Below are positions 14,301 to 27,700 of a DNA stretch of 64,000 nt, one piece after another. A model generated the notes under the pieces. It saw nothing but the letters and a program-made list of their open reading frames with translations. It searched no databases and was not told where the DNA came from. Location: NCBI GenBank assembly GCA_036172245.1, contig JAYWIR010000064.1, forward strand, positions 372,001-436,000. Direction: 5' to 3'. The position numbers and the translations under genes were made by a program. This stretch comes from Raillietiella orientalis. Taxonomy: Eukaryota. Within the stretch, counting starts at the first letter, position 1. Each line of letters opens with the position of its first letter.

Positions 14301-17300
14301 CCATATACACTCGTAAAATTTGCTAGTATCTATATCTATAAAGCAACTTTATATTGCATGTTACTTGTTATAAGTAATCTCTTCATCACTTATTACCGTG
14401 TAATATGAATCGCGAAAGCTTCAATACTTTTGTGAATAAATAAATATTCAAACCTTGGTAAACAATGATGCGCTTTGCATTTGACAAACTTCTGCTTTAG
14501 CCACATACTTTGATGCTAAAAAAAACACGAAAAACATCTCGTTGCCAAAGATTAAATTTGAAATCATGAGTAATGTGATGAAGATTCTTCAATCAATCCC
14601 TAAAATAAAGTGAGAGCACACTCACTGTACTACACAGATTTGGAGTTTACTAATGCAAAGTACAGCGGGCAGGTCGTAGACAAATTCATGATGGGAATGT
14701 TCAGCTAAAATGAATATTATGAGAAATGGTAACGAAAATCTTGTCGGCTTGGTCGTCGGCTCGCTTCGTTAGCTGAAGAACGATCAGAATTACTGATTTG
14801 GTTACTTTATCAACATGTATGAGGCGGGCATGGTTCATTTCTAGGTTTCGCTCTTAAGTGGCAGTGCAAATTACTAAATAAATTCCTGAATAATTCCATT
14901 GCAATGCCATTTACCAATTTGAAAACCTAATAAAAGTGTGCGTGAACTTTCTCATTGAGTGCATAGTCGCAGTGGTAGACATTGTGGTAGGAGTCTCCTT
15001 CCCTCCTCCCAGAAAAGAGCTACAACCACATTTTCCGAATCGTACTCAAAACCGTTTATTTATGAGCTAAACTGCTATCTAATTAAGTCAGATGCAAGAT
15101 GCATCCATCCACGGTGGTACGGATTTTTATCAAGCTTTATGTCAATAATAACCATTGCTTGCTAAAAATCAAATTTCTTAACATTTGTTTACGGAAGAAA
15201 GGAATTCCTGGCATAAACTCGGGTTTATAAATTAATCCAAAAATAAAATCATAAATCTGTCTGCTGTATATTTACTCTCCTGAACATTACCTACTTCATG
15301 AATAGGGTCTATTTTTACCGTTTGTTTCTTTATTTTTGTTGCTAGTGAAACTTATCCAATGCTGGAAATGGAAAATATGCTAATAAAAATACTGCAGTAA
15401 AAAATGCTCTAAGAGATGTTATGGCTTTGAAATTTTGCCCCCAAAGCTATATTATCAAGATAAGAATAAGAAGAAAATAACTGTATAGAGGATCAGTTTG
15501 ATCCATGTCAAAATCTCACCTTAGTAGTACCAGGCAGACCTTAGCGTGTTTAATTACTCTCCATAAAAAATGAAAATGCTCGTTTCTCAAGTGACAAATA
15601 AAAGCAATTCATCCGTAAATTTATGTATACATACTTTTTCCATAAATTTCTGATGGAACTTTCTTCTTTTGGAAATTTTGCGAAAATGTATAGGTATATT
15701 ACATACTTTTCTTGCCTTCCTTAACATAAACTTCAATTGTTTTAAACTTGAAATATTCGTTCACCTCATTAGTTTTATTTCTCTTGTTTTCTGAAGATAT
15801 TAAACCATCGTTATTTACATCTTGAAGTGATTCAATTTTAAAGTTAAAAAAAAAAAGGATTGATCTGCTGAAATTAGGAAGGTTTGACAGTTAATCGAAA
15901 TACTTAAGAAAAACTAGTTTAAGACTTAATGTAATTCACAAATGCAATTTTCAGTGTATCCATGTTTAAAATGAGTGATCTGCTTTGTAATTATTAATTC
16001 AACTGTGCATATGCTACATAAATATGATTATAATAATTATTATGATTTATGCAGATACTGGTGTCATATTTGAATAAACTTGCTCGCTGCACTGAGCTTT
16101 TGGATGTCATTTGTTGCAATTAGTTTGATTTTTGAATTATTCTGGACTTGTGCTTGAAAATATTTCAATGAAGTGTTCAAACAGCTTAAAACCACAATGA
16201 AAATCTCTTCGTTTCTTGAATCGATTGGAATGTTAAAATCTGTCAAGTTCTACTTCGATGCTCTTTACATACTAGAATGAATAAAATGGGGAGAGCTAAT
16301 GTTAAACTGTTGTTCTACGTGGGATGTAAATGCCTGAGATTCCCTTTGCTTTCATTATTAGGTCTTCATGGTCCTGTTACTTTGAATCGATTTAGATCTG
16401 GGTTGTTCTCGAACGATATTATCATAGAATGAATGCAAACCTACTTTCTTGATTATCATCTCGTTTGGTTGTTTCACCGTTGTTTCATTTTCCTCAGTGT
16501 AATTGGAACAAAGACTATATGAAAAAATTCACATGAGGAATAAGGCATTCAAATCTTGAACAGTTTTTGGATTTGAATCACATATCGCCTCAGTAAGGAG
16601 ACCTGCATATAACATTTGCTTTAGGAAGTGTCTTACTGTTTTTTTGCTGCCAATAAGATGTAGCAAACGGTGTCATTTTTGCAAATTAAATATTTCCAAA
16701 ACATTTCCAGAAAATCATAATAATCCAGATGTTTGGAAGTTTCAGATTCTCTTTCTCAATGTCAAAGATTTGGATTCTTGTTTGCAGAATATTAGCAGCA
16801 CTGGGATTTCACAGGGATGAGTATCAAATTTAGTTTTAGCTCCTACTGATGGATCTCATGCATTCGTGATTTTTTATATTGTAGATGCACACTTTGGAAG
16901 AAAAGAAGAGAAAACTAAGAATTTCTTTGGTTTGGTTTATATCTCTCCCTTGTAAAGAAGTTTGCAATTACATTTAAAATTCCTTTTTTAGCTAAGTTTT
17001 ATAAAAACCTAATTTGGGGGGATTCTGAATACAAAAGCTGTGAAGAATGTTATTCATGGCCGTTAAAGTAACGTTATATTCTGTATTTTCCGAAACCAAT
17101 CTTTCTTACATGTTATGAAACCAGACCAAACTCATAAAATGTTCTTACGAATAGATGACGTAGCGATTGGTTTTCTTGATGCTGTTTTTGTAAATCCGTA
17201 AATTTGTAAGCCAATAAATATACTTCATCCAACGTTTCTTTTGAACTTTATATTTAAGATCAGCTTATTCTGCTCTGTACTACTGAAAGAGGATAAAGGA

Positions 17301-17540
17301 ATGCAAAATGGGTGTCGAATTGAGTCGACTGCATTCGGTACAAACTTTTGAAATGAATTGATCTCAATGGATGTTTTGCTCATGATCCTAATAGTTGATA
17401 TTAAACGTAGTATCAGTAGTTGGAAATTCTTTTGCATGTATCGAAAGATGAATCACAAGTAATCTTTCAATATACAGCATATAAATGTAATGTAATTTAG
17501 TACTTTTTCAATTGTTTGCCTCTGTGCGTTCGTATTGATG

Positions 17541-17581
17541 TTGGTAACCACCAATCACATATAATGTTTTGAAATTGGCGC
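17541..17581 (+). promoter_or_regulatory. Putative promoter of the Cut8-like gene
   Basis: TTGGTAACCA (17541-50), CCAAT (17551-55), TTTGAA CHR-like (17568-73) and TTGGCGC E2F-like (17575-81), about 100 nt upstream of the ATG at 17682. Confidence 0.35.
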
Positions 17582-17681
17582 TTGATATTCGATCGTAGGA
17601 GCGAATCATGTGTGGGTTAGAACGCGGGTTAATTTAAGCGTTAATTACTCATTGGAAACTGATTAGTGTAAGTTCATAGTG

Positions 17682-19210
17682 ATGGCTGGAAGAACTAGAT
17701 TAGGTAGGTTTTGCTGTATGGATTAACTTTGTTTGTCTTTAACTATGCCTTTGCGTTGCAGAAACATTACGTGTGTGTTTTTTTAAAAAGTGTATACGTG
17801 ACAAGGAACCACGAACATCCGTTTTATTCGTGTTTGCGTTGATAATTTTACAAGTCCGAAACGTAATTGGGGATTTCATTCCAGTCCATGCAATGGACTA
17901 GTATCGCTTTCAGTGGAGTGTTGAATATTATTATAATTCAAGCGTGTAATTATCAGCTTTCTTATTCGCTAGATGTGAAAGATGCATTTTTCTCCTAAAA
18001 TTCATGCTTGCATGCGACATACGGACTTATTCGCCATTCTTGATCTGGAATATTTTAGCAGCCCATCACAGCGTAGAGCAAGAGTTAAATAATGAAGCCG
18101 TTTACTCAATTCCCACAGCCAACCTAAATGTTAGAGATAGAAGAATTCCTTTCTCCATGCTTACACCATCACCAACACCTTCTCCTGAGGAACTGATTAT
18201 TAAATCCAGGGGAAGAAAAATGACTCCAGAAAGTTGGAGTCCTATTTGCCAAGAAAAAACTTGTCCTCAGCTGAACACGACTCCAATTAAAATGAATTAC
18301 AGAAATAATGTTCCTGTACGTTGCAGCCCGAGGAAGCGGCTCAATCTCAGTGAATCATTTCCTAACAGTGACTCAACTGCTAACAGTACAAAAGGAAGAA
18401 AAGTCTGTTGCTTCACCTACGAATATGCTTTTTACTTGTGTTTTCATTCCAGGTAACCACACCAATAAAGAGAAGAAGGGTAAAGTGGAATTTGTTTAAT
18501 ATTTGCAAAGCACCATTAGCTTATCAACTCAAGGCACTATCAAAAGAGCAGTTAGCTGGAATTATTCTCACCGTTGGTGAAAATCATCCAGAATTACAAA
18601 AGGTATTCCAGTTTGCTATGGTAATGTGATCATTCCATCTTTTTTTAAGGAATTGGATGATTTGGTTCCTGATCCTGATTTGAAACCCTTGGAAGAGCAG
18701 CTTAACAAACTCAGGACAAATGTTTTCCGTGCTTTGCCGAGTTCTCGCTTGAGTTGTAAAACAGATTCTTTAGCCTACCAGAGGGTAGCTGTTCATTTGC
18801 AAACTTTCAAAGTAGGTGACGAGATAGCACTTCAATTTACTCACCAGTGTTCAGGATACTTGCATAAACCAGGGCAAGGAATTGGTAGAAAGTCAGTCTT
18901 GGAACTCTGTACTTGAGTATGTGTTTATAGCCTGGGATTATGTGAGATCTACACCAATCTGGGATAATCCACCTCATAATAAAATTCGGGATCAGTGCTT
19001 TCGAGCGTTAACATCATTTGCCATGAAAGCCTTAAAAAAACTTGATATCACATCTCCAGATTGCAGTGATCTCATCACCAGGTTTGAAAGTTGCGATCTT
19101 TTTACCAGTGTAGCATTTGTAAATATGGTAGATTCAGTGAATTGAAAATGGATAGTGATACAATGGATCATTGTATCACATATTTATGGTCTCAGGAAGT
19201 GGTTTCATAG
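17682..19210 (+). CDS. Cut8: Cut8/STS1-family nuclear proteasome tethering factor
   Basis: Exons 17682-17703 (first exon less certain), 18059-18402, 18453-18603, 18650-18811, 18855-19081, 19132-19210 (TAG). Introns of 355, 50, 46, 43 and 50 nt, all GT-AG and phase-consistent. Motifs PLAYQLKALSKEQL...HPELQ, PDPDLKPLEEQL...NVFRALP, AYQRVAVHL, W..V..TPIWDNPPHN match the Cut8 family. AATAAA near 19354. Confidence 0.75.
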
Positions 19211-19916
19211 CAACTTGGATGTTTGGACCAGACTTAACATTTGTCTTCAAGAACGAAAAAAAATAATATTATTGAGGAACAGTATATCAGACTTTAATGA
19301 CTGTTAGCCATTAAACCTTCAGTGACAGCAGCTAGTTTTATATAGCTCTTGTAAATAAAATACTTGATCTAAGTATGTACTTTCAGTGTTTACATTTTGC
19401 ATATTATTTCTTGAGTTAAATGTTTTTCAATATAGAGGAATTGGGATTATCAATAGTGATTGCGATTAAAGATGACTAGGTATCTGTATAGATGTTGCCA
19501 GATGAATGCAATAGGCTGGATGGAAAAAATCCACTTTAATACCTCACTGACAAGTGAATATTCATCCATTGCTGAAAAAAAATGATGGTGCATCTCTTGC
19601 ACCACCATATATACTTTAAAAGCAAATTCCTCTAATAAAGTTGCATATTTCAAGGTACTTCGACAAAAGGTCCTGAAAGACTACATTACCTCTAATTTGG
19701 TGAAATTCTTGTGACACTCACTCTCCTTCGGGTACTTCCCACCATCGTATGGATCTGATTACCTTAATTTATCAAATTTATCAGGTTGAGATTACTATTA
19801 GAAATTAATCATTGGAATGATTAGTAATTAGAACTTATTGAAAAGTTGCCGACTTTGCTCGATAAATTAGTCATCTACCGAACTGCAAACTACTTTGTTG
19901 CTTGAAGAGTGCATGA

Positions 19917-20339
19917 ATGCTTCTTAGTTTCATTTGCAAATATTCACTTGGCGCAGATACCGATTTGCGAGACGGAGAACAAGTTACAAAAGGGGCACTA
20001 CACTTTTTACGAACAAAATTAACTGTCGAGTCGGTTTTTCTCACTCTTCGGTGTGCGTACCTGTGGAGAAATGTTCCTGATGGAAGAAATACAGCTGCCC
20101 TGGTAATGCTTCAAAATATCCACAGGGAAATTTTGGACAAAAAGTGTTTAGGGCTCACTGAGGCCAAAATGCTTTCAGCTTTACTGAATAATAAAAAGCA
20201 CTGCCAAGTTCGGGCACCGAATAAAAATACACTTTGTTCAGTTTCGAGTACGCATGCCATCAGATTTCGCGTTTCTTATTACTGTCGTACCTCAACATGT
20301 GAATGCTGTTTTCCAGGGCGAGCATTGAACAAAGGTTAG
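19917..20339 (+). pseudogene. Possible BTB/BACK-like coding fragment (orphan exon or degenerate gene)
   Basis: 140-codon ORF. QVTKGALHFLRTKLTVESVFLTLRCAYLW...MLQNIHREILDKKCLGLTEAKMLSALL has the hydrophobic spacing of a BTB-BACK junction. I could not build a consistent exon chain. Confidence 0.25.
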
Positions 20340-20541
20340 GATGTTTCGTTACCTTAAATTCAAGGTTTTGTGGTTATGTACACCCGCGGAAACAAAAATG
20401 AAAACCTTTCCCGCAAAGCCAAACGTATGAGAAACATATTCTCCATAACCGATGTTCCCTAACTTATCACCAACTCCGCTGGCTATAATTTGCAGCCGTA
20501 ATAAATTCACCAGGATGATTTTTTTTTTTTTTTTTTTTTTT

Positions 20542-20607
20542 ACCGAGCAAGTCGTTTGACCGTCACTTTTCCGAATTGAAAAGGTACAGTCAAACGAATT
20601 GCTCAGT
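20542..20607 (-). ncRNA. Pre-miRNA-like hairpin (66 nt)
   Basis: 30-bp stem with a 6-nt loop. On the - strand it has 25 Watson-Crick pairs, 2 G-U pairs and 3 mismatches. No match to the conserved miRNA families I recall. Confidence 0.35.
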
Positions 20608-21826
20608 TTACGTATTCAGAATGTCGAAATTTATTTCAAAGAGAATTAATTAACGATATTCAAATTGAAAAGTTACATAACACAATTTCTCGAATCTGAG
20701 AAAACTTGGTCAGACCACTTGGGCAGAGACACCCATTAGAATTCCTGATGACTCCTGACACTATTTCAACTTTCCATTATTATTATTTACGATACAGCTA
20801 CAAGGCATGATCGAAAACGTTTCCCAGACTTTCACTGATATGCGTCGTGATGGTACTTAAAGTGGGTGAAAACCTTCGTTTAAAGTCCTGCTGGTGTCCA
20901 TGCTGTTCCAAGAACTTTAGAGGAAGGCCGTGTTATTTACGTACACGAGACTTGGAAGGTATACGTAAGTCTACGAAGATGAGAATGCCATTTTCTCACA
21001 AGTGGACCGATGATATCCTATTACTATTTCGCTGCCCCTGGGATTCAGCTGTGAACTTTCTCCTGAGAGGTGCACGCGCTGTTTCGAATCCAAGAAGGCA
21101 GCCGTAAAACCCTCGCAAGATCCCAGCTGCCACGCACGGGGCTCGATGACGCACTTTCGACCTCTGCCTCAGGCAAAGATCTTAAGTTGCAATTAGGAAA
21201 GCATCACATCTTAAGTTACACACCACCTTTCCGTTTGCGCGTTCTTTTGAAAGAACGGCAAAAGTAGCACCGTGATTTTTCGATCAGTGCACTTTCATGA
21301 CGGGACGAGGACGATCACACATCCAGTTATAATTATTTAGCAACCACTCAGTTATGTGTTTGAATTTCTCCGAATACGATTTCATGTGGATAGTCGGTTT
21401 CTTTTGCAAGCGACATCGGAAGAGAGATTGACCTCTTAATGAGTTGGCCCCGATAGGGAGAACACGCTCCAAACATTCGAAAAAAATATCTTGAAGCGAA
21501 TGTCCGAAGACGTTGTCGCCCAAGACAAACATATGTTTTGGTATATGCCCATGTGCAAAAATGCACAACTCACTTCCGGTCTAAAATGTCCATTGAGGAT
21601 GATTGCTTCTAGCAAAATATCGCGGAACGTGCAAGACTTTCGGGGGAGATTCTTACATGCAAATTCCCTGAAAAAAAACAAACAAATGAAGGCAAATTCC
21701 TGTAAAAAAGTGTATTTCCTAAAGTAGATGCTTGGCAACTTGTCATCATAAAACTCTTTTTGCCATGCAAAAATGCGTCCAACAGCAGCAATGTCAGCAA
21801 CTCGAATTGCGTCGCCCATATTTGTG

Positions 21827-24689
21827 CTATGTTTCTTCTTTGGTCATTTCGGAAGGCTTGAGACGAGGGTACAACTAAGCGAGATTAGATGAATTGGTAC
21901 CGGCGCGGACCGCTCACCCCTAAGAGATTACGTGGAACGTAACCTTCCTGATTTTCCATGGACGCCCACCACCACTCTCTTTCGGAAGCATCCCCTTTTC
22001 TCAATATAACCAGGCAGCTTCCCTCTTTGAAACTCAGTTCATCCGCATTGTGGGCGACATAGTCGTAAAGAGCGTACACCATCCCGTTGTTCATACATCC
22101 CAACTTTTCCTGAATACCTGGAAGGGAAATCATAGTCTACGAAGGGCAAGGGCAACAGGACGGGCCCGCGTACTTGTGAGATACTCCGAGCAGCCGTCGT
22201 ACCCTTCTTCGCCAGCTTCGCATTTTTCCGCAGCTGTTTCCAGATCGCTGACCGTGGTGGCGAAAATGCATGCACCGTGTTCTACTAGATACTTGATTAT
22301 CTGCAAGTTGTTACAGGAAGCCGCGCAATGCAGAGGAGTCCTAAAAAGATAAATAGTGATTTGCTGAGACTCCACTCACCAGCCATCACTATCCTGAGCA
22401 TTGACATCACATCCGTAGCGTACCAAGAATCGTACGATGTCAAAATGACCTGCACAGACGGCATTGTGAAGGGCGGTAATGCCTTCGTCGTTGGAAGCAC
22501 TGGGATTCGACACTTGGAGCACACACTTTCGAACCAACTCCAGTTCCCCTTCCAAGGATGCGTCCAGCATAAGGGCCAGGGGGTCGAAACTAACGTGGCG
22601 ACGAACAGAAGTTTTAATGGGATTCTGTCCTTTAAGGTTTCCCTTTGGCACATCAAACTGTTGCGTAGCCTTTTGTTCGTTTGCAGCGTTCAGGAATTCG
22701 TTACCGTCACCGTAAAGGGGGAACTTCGAATGCCTAATCTGATCGGGGGGGGGACCGAGGTCTGTGTGGAACTTCTCGTACTCGGCTGTCTCCGCAATGT
22801 TCGAACGCGACTTGTCGGTTTCGTCGTTGCTCAAACGTCTCTCTTGTTTTTCGACTGGGAAGCCATCGTCTCTGAAATTGTAACAGGGCGTGTCCTTGGA
22901 AATCAGAATGGTATTGGTGTTGGGAATTCCATTGCTCGTGATTTCATCATTGGGTAGCTTCTTGTCTGCTTTCAAAATTAGCAGGCTTGAAGGATAATTC
23001 GGAGAAATGCTTTCGTCTTTCAAACCACTACTACGGTGAACGGGAATGAATGAGAACAGCATGAATACAGAATTTTGCAGTCCCGTCGGTGTACCTTTCT
23101 ACGGCCTTATCGATATCAGGAAAGTGCAAAGAACCATCGATTTTCAACGCAGGACTCTGGCGGGGCGGAATCATGGGTTTAAAATCGGATGATGGCTTCG
23201 GAGGTAAGATGGGCTTCTTAATCAAAACTTTCGGGTTTGCACCTTTTTCATAAATGGAAGGTTGGGAAATCAAGGAAGATTGAATTTGTTTCCCCATAAT
23301 GTCCTAAAAACATACGCTTGAGTCTGTTTTGTGGAACGTTATTAAGATTCTTTGAAATTTTCAGCTATTGTATGTAAAGTATTTTAGCATGCCAAAAGAG
23401 CTGGTTTTATTGACCTGTGCACCTGAATCCAGAGTAAATAGATTTACAGAACTGTTTTTTATAGGCACTGTTTGGAATACCGGAAATACTGTTGTTGGAG
23501 CAACGCTATGAACAGGTTTCTGAAATATCCAAAAAATGCCCAGTTAGTTAATTGAATCTAGAATTGTTCCAAGGCATTTTACATAGAATGCATCACATAT
23601 AGGCATCGAATTTGCATAGGATTTCTTAGAAGTGAAAAGTACACGTGCATTTAATCGGTTCCCATTGCCTACGCTATGAGCAGTTGTACAAACAGAGATC
23701 ATGAAAGAATAGATGATGGAAAATTTCTCTAACTAGTTTTATTATTAGTGCTCAGTAATTCAATACATGCAAAATAAATCACAGATCGCGTTTGTTTTGC
23801 TATAAAAAAAAAAGGCGGAGTTTTTTGCCTTACCAAAGTCATGCTTCTTCGAAGCACAAAATCTCTTACTACAAAATAAAGTATGATGGAACCAAAATCA
23901 GACCCCCTCCACTTGAAAGCATGCAAAAAGTTGCAATACATGAAAGCTGCTGATGGCATCTGAGAAGCTGCATATGGAAAGCAATCACCTATGTAGAACA
24001 TACTAACTAAGACAGAAGATCTGTAAAACTATTCGTGTGGTGCAATCGAATCAGAACTGAGGAACGGCTGACCATTTCGTTAGGTATCATCAATCACTCG
24101 ATAGGATTCCAATTCTTTGCTAAAAATGCATCTCAAGTAAGGAAGTAAAATAAATACATGATTAGCAAGGGAGATATCTGGGGGAACATTATTCTGAAAT
24201 AAAGCTGTAAAAGATAATATCAGAACAAGTGTTAATAAAGAACATTCGGTATTCCTTTCACACTGATTTCGCCTTAATTAATGTCCACGCTAGTCAATTC
24301 GCTGATTTAGCATCCACAGTTTCGATACACCACTTGGTCTATGATTCTGATGCCGTAGAAAACAAGAAAAAGTTGAAATTTTTATATAAAAGAGTGGTCA
24401 TGTATAAAAAGGCGGAGCAATAACCATAGATAAAAGGGGCCAAATAGAAATAAAAACCATCAATAGAAAATGATGTGTAACAACTGAAACGATGCTGTAT
24501 CAGGCAAACATCCACATCTCCACAGTAGAACGATACGCCAGTGGTTCAAAAGCAATCGAGAGTTTCATACCCTTTAGGAAGGAAATGAAATGCTAGTTGG
24601 GAAGCCTTCAAATGCATATGAAAGAGTTCGTATCATCAACAATAAGACAAAAACACTACAAAGAATATGTTAAATGAACTGTGTGCATT

Positions 24690-24778
<89 letters not shown>

Positions 24779-27700
24779 GCGAGGGAAGGAGAAGCTATGG
24801 GATTGATTAATGTATGAAATTCCTAACTACAACTTTGTGATGTTTTCGTCTTTCTCCTTCTGGCAGGCCGAATTACAGAATAGGCACGCCAAAAACGAGT
24901 GAAAGATAGAACGCCAGGATTCAAATGTCGAGACTTTCTCCAGAAATTGTACAGGGATTCAGCAGTTTGGAAATGCATACAGCATCTCTGAAGAAACGAA
25001 GCGACGATTTGTCTCCTGGTACTTGAAATTTTTTAATAAACACAGCATTTTGAATTCCTTACGTCGTGCAATAGGTAACAAGCAACTGATTTTTTTTTTT
25101 ACCATCTCACAATAAGCAAAAAGCGTCTTTTTTTTAAAAAAAAAGAAAAAGAAAAGAAAAGTGAGAGATTAAGAGCACCGATTGCTTGCTTTTGAGGATG
25201 TGAAGTTCCACATACCTATGGGCATCTCTTTGGAAACGATCGCACTGTGACCTAAGACAGGATCTTCCGCTTCAGGAAATAAGTATTTCCAATTACACAT
25301 TAAAGGTGTGATTAACGAAACTGTTTCAACACTTGCACTCCATACGAATGCCCTTGTTTTGTTGAGGTTACTACAAAACTCGATTAGGTGATCAAATTCA
25401 GTCACTTTATCCCTAAAGCTTTGCGACAACGGGACCGAATATCGATTAGAACCGAAGCAAAAGACAAATAAATAAGTGAAATTCCGAATGGATTTCCATA
25501 GAATTACTGATAGATAGCGATTTGACTCAATAGAGGAAACAAACCCTGTATGGGACCTGTACGCGAAGTGGCATGCAAAGAACCAACGATTTGTTGCTTT
25601 TTCGAAGGAAAAAAAAAAAAAAATCGACCTCCAACTATTTTTTTTCTTCTTCGATCACTAACCACGTTTCATACCATTAAGCAAGCTAGGAGAATCAACA
25701 TCTCAGTCTGCTCGCTTATGTAACGAGAACAACGAGCACAACGCGTCAAACCGGTTAAAAATTCTGTGATTATCAGCATTACAAAAAGCAGGAAATGCAA
25801 ATAACTTTTCTTTTCCCCAGGAATTCTGTAAGAAGAGAGAGGTGCATAGTTAAACTTGGAACGCATCCCGATGCCAGCATGCATTTCCCCCCCCCAACTC
25901 GCCCTGATGGCAATTCTGTACATGGAACTACAAACGGGGAGGTAGCGAGCGGAGGCTGAGTACCAACAGTAGTGATCTCGCCGATGCCGTTTCGCTTCGT
26001 GCAGACGCTGTAACTCCGAGAAAACGTGTCGTATATCGCGCAGAGATCGAAAGTCTGTACAGAAAATACTTGAAAACCGCGTGCAAACATCGAAAGATTT
26101 TAAAGCGAATCGCTTCGGCAGTGCTCACGATCAATCCAACTTGATGTACAGTTGAAAGGTTCACCGTCTGCAATTGGTCCGTTTCGTTATCGGGAACAGC
26201 TTGTATTTTCAAACTTGAGTAGGGGATGTTGTCAACCGGAGACCCTCTGAAAAGAAACACATCAAATGGACAACTTGAATCCGAACACTCAAAGAGACAG
26301 TTTGCGCACTGTGCCCACAGTCGGCAGGCATGAAGCTTATTTCAAGAGAGTTTCAAAAGCTACCAAAAAAGATTCAACAAATACGAAAGGCTAAGGCATG
26401 TTATTCACGACTTGAATAAAAGTTTCCAACTCTCTGTCTGATGACAATTATTTCCAAGCATTTCAGTTCTGGAACTCGCAATTACCTTATTTCATTTCCA
26501 CGACTGCGTAAACGAAGGACTTCAACATACATTTACCTGAAGTCTGGTTTCATGTTTGGTGGATTAGCTTTAGGCGGAATCTATCACTCGTTCAAATTTT
26601 CCCTTAGCGTATGGTCAACTTCGATAGGTGATTTTCGCAGCAAATAAGCGCCCCTATTACTGAGAAGTTTCCCTCAACCTTCCCCATCGTCCTAGACTTG
26701 TCAGAAGCGCTATGTTATTCATCAAAAGAAGTACGCCTAGCAGACTGAATCACTGCAAAAACCATCATTAGCGTCCAGACAAAAAAAAAAATCTACAATC
26801 CTGTGCACAGTTTTCCTCTTATGAGAGAATTTCTCTCTTGTTTTTCAATTCCTCTTACATTAAGAGAATCCATAGCGACTCTTCCATTTCACAATTCTGC
26901 AAGCAGGATTCATATTGAATTTCAATTTATTGCTTTCAAGCTCCACAACGTAGAGATCAGCTGCTGCATTCTGAGGTTCCATCTCGCTTTTTGTGCTTGG
27001 CGATTGTGGCTAAGTGGGAATTCGTGGATCCTGAATATCAGCTGATGTATTGGTCGAATAAGTGCTCTTCTAATTCTTCTTGTATAAAGAGAGCGACAGA
27101 GAAATTGCTTTAGGGCGTCCGCATAGATTGGAGGACAATGCTTTATCGGACAAATTACGAAAGCTTTCATTTTCAGTCACATGTGGTCACACAATTCAGT
27201 GTTCTTTGCAACAAATCTAAATTCTACACTATTCACGAAACTTTGACATCTGGAAAGTGGATAAACAGAGCCCCAATCCGATTGGGACTCCTTCACATTC
27301 GCGATAAGGAAGTGTCACTCAATTATTATGAACCCAATAACAACACAAAAACTGCACCATTCCAATGCCTCTGTACATGTACAGTTGCTCATTGGCATTC
27401 CGTCTGACTTCACAATGCCACTTCATTATCGATAACCACATCAACAACCACTTTGATTTTGTATGATGGATACGAAAATGAGGACCTCCGACGATAAAGG
27501 GGGAAGAACAAATGAAGGAGGTGTTCAGAAAATCTGCAATTTCACAATAGCATTGTGATTTAGTTGCTAAAAATGTTATTTGAATCAATGACACTTGAGG
27601 GATTTTTCTTCGTATTCCATCTTCTACGATCATTACAGTGATTTTGGATCTAATGTATAACGATTTTAAAATTCTAAATCGACGTCTGCATTAGGGATGT

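Noticed and set aside
22328..22957. 209-aa + strand ORF
   Set aside because: Antisense shadow of the large ASPP exon.
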